55,552 bases of DNA from an uncultured Anaerolineales bacterium (GTDB taxonomy: Bacteria > Chloroflexota > Anaerolineae > Anaerolineales > UBA4823), in the NCBI GenBank assembly GCA_903872065.1, contig CAIQJJ010000419.1, positions 1 through 55,552 of the forward strand, written 5' to 3'. Of this stretch, positions 34,572 to 42,466 are shown piece by piece. Numbering within the stretch: the stretch's first letter is position 1; every line of letters begins with the position of its first letter. The notes under the pieces were generated by a model that ran no database searches, was not told the origin of the DNA, and saw only the letters and a list, made by a program, of their open reading frames with translations. The translations under genes and the position numbers were made by a program.

Positions 34572-35594
34572 ATGCAACCCCGTACCACCGCCCGCATTGC
34601 TTTTATCGGCGCTGGCAATCACGCCACCGAATCGCTGTATCCCAATATCCCCATGATCCCGGAGTTTGAGCTGGTCGCGGTCTGCGACATAGACCCGCCG
34701 AAGGCGCAGCGCACGGCGCGCCGCTACGGCGCGCAAGCCTTTACCGACGTGGAGACCATGCTGGATCAGGTGGAACTGGACGGATGCTGCGTCTGCGGCC
34801 CGGCCGAGATGCACCACGCCGTCAGCTTGCAGGTGCTGCGGCGCGGCCTGCGCCTGTTCGTCGAAAAGCCGCCCGCCCCCAACCTGCGCCAGGCCGAGGA
34901 ACTGGTGGAAAGCGCCGCCCAGCACAATACCTGGGGCATGGTCGGGTTTATGAAGCGTTTTGCGCCGGCCAATGTGCTGGCGCGGGAGTTCATGGATTCG
35001 CCAGCCTTTGGAACGCTTTCCTCTCTGACCTTGATCCACGGCTGCGGGCCGTATGACGATCTGCGCCGCATGATGTACTTCAACGCCATCCACTTGATTG
35101 ACCTGGGGCGCTTCCTGGGCGGCGAGGTGGAGCGCGTCTTCGCCTACCAATGCAATGGAGGGCGGAGCAATTACGGCCTGGCGGCGACGTGGATGCTGCG
35201 CAGTGGGGTCGCGGCGACGCTCAACCAAAATTCCGGCCAGACCTGGAGCGATTGTTCTGAGGCGGTCTACCTGACCGGCGCGCAGGTCGGCATTTTTATT
35301 GACGCCTCGCGCGAGGTCAAGATCACCTATGACGGCGCCCAGTTTGCCCCAGGCGCTGGCCTGCAGCTCTTCGGTTTCCGCGCCGAGCACAGCGTTTCGG
35401 GCAATATGGCCGGTTGGGCCGCCGGCGGCCATTATCAGCGCGGCTACTGGGGCGAACTGAGCCGCTTTGCCCGCGCCTGCCTGGGGCTTGAAGCGCCCTC
35501 GCCCGATTTGCACGATGCTTTGCAGAACATCCGCCTGATCGAGGCTATGCTGGAGAGCGCCGCCACAGGACGAGAAGTTAAGCTGCCGCTGTGA
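34572..35594 (+). CDS. Gfo/Idh/MocA family oxidoreductase
   Basis: N-terminal Rossmann motif RIAFIGAGNHATE...VAVCDID and the EKPPAPN motif. ATG at 34572; the track starts at TTG 34569. Confidence 0.85.
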   Translation: MQPRTTARIAFIGAGNHATESLYPNIPMIPEFELVAVCDIDPPKAQRTARRYGAQAFTDVETMLDQVELDGCCVCGPAEMHHAVSLQVLRRGLRLFVEKPPAPNLRQAEELVESAAQHNTWGMVGFMKRFAPANVLAREFMDSPAFGTLSSLTLIHGCGPYDDLRRMMYFNAIHLIDLGRFLGGEVERVFAYQCNGGRSNYGLAATWMLRSGVAATLNQNSGQTWSDCSEAVYLTGAQVGIFIDASREVKITYDGAQFAPGAGLQLFGFRAEHSVSGNMAGWAAGGHYQRGYWGELSRFARACLGLEAPSPDLHDALQNIRLIEAMLESAATGREVKLPL

Positions 35595-35696
35595 TTCGGC
35601 GCTTCGACAAGCCACGCTTCGACAGGCTCAGCGCGCCTGTCCGCACGATAGGCATCCTGAGCTTGTCGAAGGATGGTTGAAGGATGGTCGAAGGAT
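35594..35696. repeat. Composite REP-like unit (reverse orientation), near-identical to 32757-32841
   Basis: ATTCGGCGCTTCGACAAGCCACGCTTCGACAGGCTCAGCGCGCCTG...GATAGGCATCCTGAGCTTGTCGAAGGATGGTTGAAGGATGGTCGAAGGAT. Confidence 0.85.
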
Positions 35697-35708
35697 ATAG
35701 GAGTAAAA

Positions 35709-36500
35709 GTGTTCCGTATCGCGGTTGTTCAACAAGACCACAACCCGGGGCAGCCAGAGCAAAACCGGCAAAAAGCATTGGCCGCCGCGTCCAACGCACT
35801 GGCCGAGGGCGCAGAACTCATCCTCTTCCACGAGGAGCTTTTGTTGGGTTACACCGCCGGCGTGCGGGAGCTTGCCGAGCCGCTGAATGGCCCGACCTCG
35901 CGCGCCTTTCAAACCCTTTTGCAGGGGAGTGAGTCGCTCATTGTCTATGGCCTCACCGAACGCGACGGGGAAGACCTGTACATCACCGCGCCGGTGGTCT
36001 CTGCCAGGGGTGTGCTGACCCGGTATCGGAAAACGCACCTTTGGTGGCGCGCCAGCGGACTCAGGCACGAACCCACCTTTTACCGCCCCGGCGACAGGCT
36101 GGTGAGCTTCCGCTTCAAAGATCACCGGATCGGAATCATGATTTGCTATGATGGGGATTTTCCAGAGATGACGCGTTCCTACGCCAACCTGGGCTGCTCG
36201 CTGCTCCTCTGGCTGAACAACCGCGGCAGCCGCGGCCATGCCGAGGTCAGGGATCTCGCCTGGCGTAACTCGATGGTGATCGCCGCCTCCTGCTGCTGCG
36301 GCGTGGATGAAGCCGGCAACCTCTGCCGCGGCGGAAGCAATCTCACCGGCGCGGACGGGGCGTTGTTGGGCGAAATTTGGGATCGCGAGGGCATGATCCT
36401 CGTGGATGTAGATTTAGATGAAGCGCTCCAGTCACGCCAGCAGAATCCCTGGTACCGCGGTCGAAGGCCGGAACTTTATGTGACGACCACAGACACTTGA
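35709..36500 (+). CDS. Carbon-nitrogen hydrolase (nitrilase superfamily) protein
   Basis: FRIAVVQQ..., ELILFHEE (catalytic Glu), YRKTHLW (Lys) and IMICYDGDFPE (Cys) form the E-K-C triad. Start proposed at GTG 35709 with AGGAG 5 nt upstream. The track start at 35673 lies in repeat DNA. Confidence 0.8.
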   Translation: MFRIAVVQQDHNPGQPEQNRQKALAAASNALAEGAELILFHEELLLGYTAGVRELAEPLNGPTSRAFQTLLQGSESLIVYGLTERDGEDLYITAPVVSARGVLTRYRKTHLWWRASGLRHEPTFYRPGDRLVSFRFKDHRIGIMICYDGDFPEMTRSYANLGCSLLLWLNNRGSRGHAEVRDLAWRNSMVIAASCCCGVDEAGNLCRGGSNLTGADGALLGEIWDREGMILVDVDLDEALQSRQQNPWYRGRRPELYVTTTDT

Positions 36501-36509
36501 AAGGTAAAA

Positions 36510-38657
36510 ATGCCTGATACTCCCTCATCTTCCATATTTCCTTTTTCGACAGACCTCAGCCTTTTCGCCGTCGCGCGCCTGTCGCCAGAGACTCACCGCC
36601 TGGCCGACCGCGCCCGGCAGGGCCAGGTGGGGCGGTATATGCGCCCGGCAGATTTTCAACTGGACGCAGCGGCGCAACTCACCTCCCCCGACCTGCAATA
36701 CGCGGCCGCGGTGCGTTTAATCGCCGAGCGCGCCCCGCTGAACATCACCCCCGGCGAACACCTGGCAGGATCGGCCACCCTCTCCGAAGCCCGCCGTCAT
36801 ATCACGCCGCTCCTGGGTGTTGGCAGCACCAGCCACACAACCCCCGGCTTTGACCAGGCGCTCAAAACAGGCTATCGTGGACTGCGGGTGCGGGTTGAGG
36901 CGCGCCTGCAGCGGAATGACCTGGAAGCGCGTGGACGAGACTTTCTGCAAGCCATGCTCATCTGCCTGGAAGCGGCAGATGCCTGGCATGAGCGCTACAT
37001 GCGGACATTGGATGAGTGCATTACCAGCCGGCCGGCGGACGATCCAGACGCCGTTGTGTACCGGCGCGTGCGCCAGGCGTTGGCCAATGTGCCGGAAAAC
37101 CCGCCGGCCAACTTTGCCGAAGCCGTCCAATCGCTGTGGTTCATCTTTGCCTTCCAGCGTTTGTGCGGCAACTGGCCCGGCCTGGGCCGGATCGATCAGA
37201 TGCTTGGCCCTTATTTGCAGGCTGACCTGGCGGCCAATGCCATCACACTGGATGAGGCCCGCGAACTGCTGGCCCACTTCTGGATCAAGGGGTGTGAGTG
37301 GACAGACGGAACCTCCAACGGCAGCGGGGATGCGCAGTATTACCAGAACATCATCCTCTCTGGGGTGGATGCGGAGGACGTGGACGTTACGAATGAGGTC
37401 ACTTACCTGGTGTTGGATGTGATCGAAGAGTTAGGCATCAGCGACTTTCCCGTGGCGGTGCGCGTCTCGCGGCGCACGCCGGAGCGGCTTTGGCGGCGAA
37501 TTGCCGAGGTGCAGCGGCGCGGCGGCGGTACGGTGGCTATTTATAATGAAGACCTGGTCATCCGCTCCATGCACCAGTTTGGCTATCCCCTGGGCGAAGC
37601 GCGCCAGTTTACCAACGATGGCTGCTGGGAGACGCTGATCCCTGGTAAGACCAACTTTCTTTATTGGCCGTTCGATATCCTGGCGCTGCTGCAGCAAGTC
37701 TTGGGAGTGAACCAGCCTGAACAGCCTGTCGCCGATTACCCAACCTTCGAAGCGCTGTACCAGGCTTTTCGCCAACGCCTGGAGCGCCAGATCAGCGACA
37801 TGCACACCGCCGCTGACCGTCACGCCCTGGATGGCCCGCCAGCGCCATTGATCTCGCTCTTGGTGGAGGGCTGCATTGAAAACGCCCGCGGCTATCATCA
37901 GCGCGGCCCGCAGTATACCGTCTTTGCCTTTCACGCTGGCGGCTTGCCGGATGTCGCCAATGCGCTGCTGGCGCTGCGTCGCGTGGTCTATGAGGAAAAA
38001 CGCCTCACACTGCCTGAACTGGCGGCAGTGCTGCGCCAGGATTGGGCCGGCCAGGACGTGCTGCGCCAGTGGATCCGCCGCCATATCACTTTCTATGGCA
38101 ATGGCGACGCGGCGGCGGATGAGATGGCGCGCCGTGTGTTCGATGATTTCACCGCCCTGGTCGGTCAGATTCCCGAACGAAACGGCGTCAAACGCCCGGC
38201 CGGGTTGAGCACCTTTGGCCGTCAGATCGAATGGGCCGCGCAGCGCGGGGCCACCGCCGCCGGCGCTCACCGCGGCGAATACCTGTCCAATAATTTCTCA
38301 CCCACCCCAGGCAGTGAGAAGAACAGCCTGACCGGGGTGATCCACTCGTTTTGCAGTGTGGATTTTATGAAGCTGCCCAATGGAACGGCCCTGGACATCA
38401 AAATCCATCCCAGCAGCTTGCAAGGCGAGGATGGGCTGGCGGCGCTGGTCGGGGTGATGAAATCGTTCGTTGAATTGGGCGGCTGGTTCATGCACATTGA
38501 TGTGGTGGACAGCACAGTGCTGCGCGAGGCACAGCTTCATCCTGAACGGTACACAGACCTGGCCGTGCGCATCTCAGGCTGGTCGGCGCGCTTTGTGACC
38601 CTCTCGGCGGAGTGGCAAGAGATGATCATCCGCCGCACCGAGCAAGAATTTCGTTAA
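36510..38657 (+). CDS. Glycyl radical enzyme homologue (PFL2/dehydratase-like family), substrate unknown
   Basis: Glycyl-radical motif LAVRISGWSARF, Cys loop NDGCWETLIPGK (canonical G-C-x-E), and PANFAEAVQSLWFIFAF...GRIDQMLGPYL. 715 aa. Confidence 0.85.
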   Translation: MPDTPSSSIFPFSTDLSLFAVARLSPETHRLADRARQGQVGRYMRPADFQLDAAAQLTSPDLQYAAAVRLIAERAPLNITPGEHLAGSATLSEARRHITPLLGVGSTSHTTPGFDQALKTGYRGLRVRVEARLQRNDLEARGRDFLQAMLICLEAADAWHERYMRTLDECITSRPADDPDAVVYRRVRQALANVPENPPANFAEAVQSLWFIFAFQRLCGNWPGLGRIDQMLGPYLQADLAANAITLDEARELLAHFWIKGCEWTDGTSNGSGDAQYYQNIILSGVDAEDVDVTNEVTYLVLDVIEELGISDFPVAVRVSRRTPERLWRRIAEVQRRGGGTVAIYNEDLVIRSMHQFGYPLGEARQFTNDGCWETLIPGKTNFLYWPFDILALLQQVLGVNQPEQPVADYPTFEALYQAFRQRLERQISDMHTAADRHALDGPPAPLISLLVEGCIENARGYHQRGPQYTVFAFHAGGLPDVANALLALRRVVYEEKRLTLPELAAVLRQDWAGQDVLRQWIRRHITFYGNGDAAADEMARRVFDDFTALVGQIPERNGVKRPAGLSTFGRQIEWAAQRGATAAGAHRGEYLSNNFSPTPGSEKNSLTGVIHSFCSVDFMKLPNGTALDIKIHPSSLQGEDGLAALVGVMKSFVELGGWFMHIDVVDSTVLREAQLHPERYTDLAVRISGWSARFVTLSAEWQEMIIRRTEQEFR

Positions 38658-38677
38658 GCAGCCTTCTCAGAAACCTC

Positions 38678-40381
38678 ATGATCGACTCTCTGGCTGAGCG
38701 TTTACAACAAAACGCCGCCCGTTTTCCTGACAAGGCGGCGTTGATCATCCCTGGCCGCCGCGCCGCCTGGGAAACCATCACCTATCGCCAGTTGGCGGCG
38801 CGCGGCGAGCTGTTTGAGCGCGGCCTGGCGGCGTGCGGCCTCCAGGCAGGGATGCGAGCGGTGCTGATGGCCCCGCCCAGCGTAGATTTCTTTGCCCTGG
38901 TTTTCGCCTTGTTCCGGCGCGGGGTCGTGTCGGTCATGATCGATCCAGGGATTGGGCTGACCAATGTCACCACCTGCCTGGCGCGCTGCCAGCCGGAGGT
39001 CTATTTCGGCTCGGCGCTGACGCACGGCCTCCGGCGCTGGTTCGGCTGGGGGCGCGCCAGCCTGCGCCAGAACCTCACGTTGGCCGAGGTCGCCCGCGCC
39101 GGAATTTCCGCCCCGCCGGCCCCGCCAATATCCCTGAACGATGGTTCTGTGGTCGCAATCATCCACACTACCGGCAGCACTGGCCTGCCCAAGGGCGTCA
39201 TCTACACCGCGGCGAATTTCGCCGCCCAGGTGGATATGCTGGTCGAGGCGCTCCAACTGCGCGGCGATGAAATTGACCTGCCAGCTTTCCCCATCTTTGC
39301 CCTGGTTGACTGCCTGCTAGGGGTCACGGCGGTCATCCCCGATCTGCGCTTCCCCCGCCCGGCAGCCGTGGACGCGGCGCGCCTGGCAGCGGCCATCCAG
39401 GCGCATCAAGTCAACACCATGTTTGCCTCGCCGGCCGCCCTGGCCCGCCTGGCGCGCGATGGCAGAGAAAAAGGACTCCGCCTGCCGGGCTTGCAAAAAG
39501 TGATCACCGCCGGCGCGCCTGCCCCGCCTGAGGTGCAAGAGCAGTTTATCGAGATGCTCTCACCGAGCGCCAATCTGTTCGGCATCTATGGCTCGACCGA
39601 GACTTTGCCGGTCTCGCTCGTTAACAGCCGTGAAGTTTTGCAAGAGACGCGCGATCTTTCGGCGCAAGGCGCGGGAGTGTGCATCGGGCGGCCGACGGCC
39701 GGGGCGCAGGTGCAAATTGTCCCTATCAGCGATGAGGCGTTAAGCGCCGCCGAGGCCCAACCGCTGCCGGTGGGCGTGGTGGGCGAAATCGCCGTCCAAG
39801 GCGCGGCGGTGACAGAACTCTACGTCGAAGAAGGCGCGTTGAATTTAGCGCCATCCAAGCCTCAAATCGGCATGCTGAGCTTGTCGAAGCATGGACTGTC
39901 AAAGCACAGTTCGTCAAAGCACAGTTTGTCGAAGCACAGCCTGTCGGGCCAGGCGAAGATTCTCACTGCCGACGGCGAGATTCTGCACCGCATGGGCGAC
40001 CTGGGTTACTTCGACGAACAGGGACGCTTATGGTACTGCGGACGCAAGTCGCAGCGCGTGGCGACTGCCGCCGGGACGCTCTTCACCGAGCAGGTGGAAG
40101 GGATTTTCAACGCTCACCCGCTGGTGTACCGCACGGCGCTGGTTGGGGTAGAGATCGCCGGCGAAGTTCAACCTGTGCTGTGGGTGGAGCGAAATCCGGC
40201 CGGCCGCGGCGCAGATCAAAACCGGCTGCGGGCGGAACTTTTGGAACTGGCAAAGGCTCATCCAATGACGCATTCGATCCAACACATCCTGTTTCACCCG
40301 GCTTTTCCCACCGATATCCGCCACAATTCCAAGATCATCCGCGAGAAATTGGCGGAACAAGCCAAAAAGCGCATCCCATAA
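38678..40381 (+). CDS. AMP-dependent synthetase/ligase (acyl-CoA ligase-like) with an in-frame repeat insertion
   Basis: AMP-binding motif IIHTTGSTGLPKGV, YGSTE, and HRMGDLGYFDEQGRLWYCGRK. Start set at MIDSLAERL (ATG 38678); the track start overlaps the GRE gene. Confidence 0.85.
   Translation: MIDSLAERLQQNAARFPDKAALIIPGRRAAWETITYRQLAARGELFERGLAACGLQAGMRAVLMAPPSVDFFALVFALFRRGVVSVMIDPGIGLTNVTTCLARCQPEVYFGSALTHGLRRWFGWGRASLRQNLTLAEVARAGISAPPAPPISLNDGSVVAIIHTTGSTGLPKGVIYTAANFAAQVDMLVEALQLRGDEIDLPAFPIFALVDCLLGVTAVIPDLRFPRPAAVDAARLAAAIQAHQVNTMFASPAALARLARDGREKGLRLPGLQKVITAGAPAPPEVQEQFIEMLSPSANLFGIYGSTETLPVSLVNSREVLQETRDLSAQGAGVCIGRPTAGAQVQIVPISDEALSAAEAQPLPVGVVGEIAVQGAAVTELYVEEGALNLAPSKPQIGMLSLSKHGLSKHSSSKHSLSKHSLSGQAKILTADGEILHRMGDLGYFDEQGRLWYCGRKSQRVATAAGTLFTEQVEGIFNAHPLVYRTALVGVEIAGEVQPVLWVERNPAGRGADQNRLRAELLELAKAHPMTHSIQHILFHPAFPTDIRHNSKIIREKLAEQAKKRIP
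39870..39946. repeat. REP-like core variant plus 15-nt tandem repeats inside the ligase CDS
   Basis: GCATGCTGAGCTTGTCGAAGCATG at 39870-39893 is followed by CTGTCAAAGCACAGT / TCGTCAAAGCACAGT / TTGTCGAAGCACAGC / CTGTCG. It is translated as MLSLSKHGLSKHSSSKHSLSKHSLS. Confidence 0.8.
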
Positions 40382-40413
40382 CAACTGTTTTGTGAAACCG
40401 AAATAATTCGAGC

Positions 40414-40995
40414 ATGGAAGCTTTTATCCCTCCCCCCTCCCATATCCCTTTTTATATCCGCATTGGCTTGTGGCTGGCGCGCCGCGCCGCCGGCGTAGAC
40501 CTGCTGCCGCCGCGCCTCCTGGCGTGGTATCCCAAAGCGGCGATCAGTTCTGGCATTCTCGAAGCGCTGATCGCCCATGGCGACGCCCACGGATGCGCCC
40601 ACGGATGCGCCCACGGAGGCGCTCACGGCGATGGCCGCTGCGACGAGCGCCTGCTCAAATTGGTGCGCATGACCGTCTCGTTCACTGTCGTCTGTCCCTT
40701 CTGCATGGGGCTGAATTCGGCCGGGTGGGAAAAGCTGCTGACGGAGGATGAACTGCTGGCCTTACAAGGGCGCAAATCCCTGGATGAAACGCCCACTTTC
40801 ACCCCGCAAGAGCGCCTGGCGATTGAGTACGCTCGCCTGGCTTCGCAGACCCCGCTGGCCTTCACCCCGGAATTTGGCGTCCGTCTGCGTGAACAGTTCA
40901 CCGAGCGCGAGATTGTCATCCTGGCGACCACCGCGGCGCAGGTCAATTATTGGGCGCGCCTGATCCAGGCTTTGGGCTGCCCACCGGTGGGCTGA
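40414..40995 (+). CDS. Carboxymuconolactone decarboxylase/AhpD-like family protein
   Basis: The CPFC (CxxC) motif in VVCPFCMGLN and the helical repeat context fit the AhpD/CMD fold. It contains a His/Cys-rich tandem insertion. Confidence 0.6.
   Translation: MEAFIPPPSHIPFYIRIGLWLARRAAGVDLLPPRLLAWYPKAAISSGILEALIAHGDAHGCAHGCAHGGAHGDGRCDERLLKLVRMTVSFTVVCPFCMGLNSAGWEKLLTEDELLALQGRKSLDETPTFTPQERLAIEYARLASQTPLAFTPEFGVRLREQFTEREIVILATTAAQVNYWARLIQALGCPPVG
40573..40632 (+). repeat. 12-nt in-frame microsatellite x5 encoding (A-H-G-X)5
   Basis: GCCCATGGCGAC GCCCACGGATGC GCCCACGGATGC GCCCACGGAGGC GCTCACGGCGAT translates to AHGD AHGC AHGC AHGG AHGD. Confidence 0.85.
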
Positions 40996-41007
40996 TGGTT
41001 TTCCTGG

Positions 41008-42114
41008 TTATTCTTTGGCGGTGGAGGCGCGCAAAATCAGGCGTGTGGGGAGCAAAATCTTTTGGGGTGCAGCGTCGGGATTGGCGATTTTATCCAGCAG
41101 CATTTCGCAGGCCCGCGCCCCGATTTCCACCTCTTGCTGCTCAATGGAACTGAGCGGGACGGGGGCAAGTTGGGCAAAAACGCTGTTGTCAAAACCCAAG
41201 ACGGACAGGTCTTTGGGAACACACAGCCCTTTGGATAGGGCTAAACGCATGACGCCAATCGCAATGTAATCGTTAATACAGAAAACCGCCGTCGGACGCT
41301 CTGGCACGGAGAGCGCATGATCGATCTCGATCAATTCTTCGGCGGCGTATTCGGGAATTTCCCCCGGCGGGTATGCGCCGCAATCCAACAGTTTGATGGT
41401 CGCGTAGGGCAGCCGCCCGGCGTCGCGCATCGCCTGCTGGTAGCCGCGGATGCGCTCGATAACGCTGCTGGCGTCCGAAAGATGTGAGACGCAGGCAATC
41501 CGGCTGTGCCCCTGGTTGAGAAGATACTGCACCCCCTGATAGGCGGCGTTGAAATTGTCCGACAACACAACGCTGCCGCAAAACTCGTCCAATTCCCGAT
41601 CCACCAGAACGGTTGGAATGGTGCAGATCAGGTCTTGTAAGATTTCTGGTTCGCCTTTTGTCGCCAGTGGAAACAAGATAATCCCCGCCACACGTTGGTT
41701 TTTGAGGCGGCTGAGTTGTTCCGTCTCGATGCGCAGATCATTCTCGATATTGGTGTAGAGCAGGTGGTAGCCCCTCTCGCGCGTCACCCGCTCGGCGCCC
41801 TTGATGATATTGGAACTCAGCCGGTCATGGGTGTGCGGGACGGTGATGCCGATTAATCCGGATGGGGCTTCCAGTTCATTGTGGGGTGTATCCGCCTGGT
41901 TGATAAACGTCCCCTTGCCGGGCTGCCGCGCCAGGATGCCGCGGTCTTCCAATAGCTGCAGCGCCTTACGAATCGTGCCGCGGCTCAAGCTAAATTCTTG
42001 GGCCAATTCAAGCTCAGTCGGAAAACGGCTTTCGGGTTTGTAGTACCCGTCAGTAATCCGCTGTTGCAATGTATCTCGAAGTTGCAGGTGAAGGCGCTGC
42101 GCAGATTTATTCAT
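41008..42114 (-). CDS. AraR-type transcriptional regulator (GntR-family wHTH N-domain fused to a LacI/GalR-type sugar-binding domain)
   Basis: The N-terminus FPTELELAQEFSLSRGTIRKALQLLEDRGILARQPGKGTF is a GntR wHTH. The remainder (IGITVPHTHDRLSSNIIKG..., GIILFPL, FCINDYIAIGVM, VLGFDN) is a PBP1/LacI-type effector domain. Confidence 0.85.
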   Translation of the reverse strand: MNKSAQRLHLQLRDTLQQRITDGYYKPESRFPTELELAQEFSLSRGTIRKALQLLEDRGILARQPGKGTFINQADTPHNELEAPSGLIGITVPHTHDRLSSNIIKGAERVTRERGYHLLYTNIENDLRIETEQLSRLKNQRVAGIILFPLATKGEPEILQDLICTIPTVLVDRELDEFCGSVVLSDNFNAAYQGVQYLLNQGHSRIACVSHLSDASSVIERIRGYQQAMRDAGRLPYATIKLLDCGAYPPGEIPEYAAEELIEIDHALSVPERPTAVFCINDYIAIGVMRLALSKGLCVPKDLSVLGFDNSVFAQLAPVPLSSIEQQEVEIGARACEMLLDKIANPDAAPQKILLPTRLILRASTAKE

Positions 42115-42170
42115 GCACTCTCAAAAGAAACAAAATCAGCAAAAAATCCGATTACCTGGATCAATTCATT

Positions 42171-42270
42171 GTGTACTATTATACACTAATTATGCTTTTT
42201 CTTTGTACAATCGAATAGTTTGTTGACAATCATGCCTGTATCTGATATGATATGTACACTTTTGCGCAAA
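42171..42270 (+). promoter_or_regulatory. Sigma70-like promoter (-35 TTGACA 42223-42228, 17 nt, -10 TATGAT 42246-42251) with TGTAC-type operator boxes
   Basis: GTGTACTATTATACAC at 42171-42186, TTGTACAA at 42203-42210, TGTACA at 42253-42258 (at the predicted TSS), and TTTGCGCAAA at 42261-42270. It lies in the spacer between the regulator and the SBP gene. Confidence 0.45.
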
Positions 42271-42466
42271 TTGTTCTTTTAGCGCAAAGATAAAGCGGCG
42301 ACCGTCGCCGCCCATCATTTTTAGCAAACCAGTTTAGGGTGGAGCGAGGGAACTGGTTCGTACTTTGGAAAGGAGGTCCCTGTATAGAGATATTTGATAG
42401 GCTGTTCATTTCCATCCCATTTTGCTTAAAAAAAACCCTTTAAACTTTCTGGAGGAAAGATTTCTT

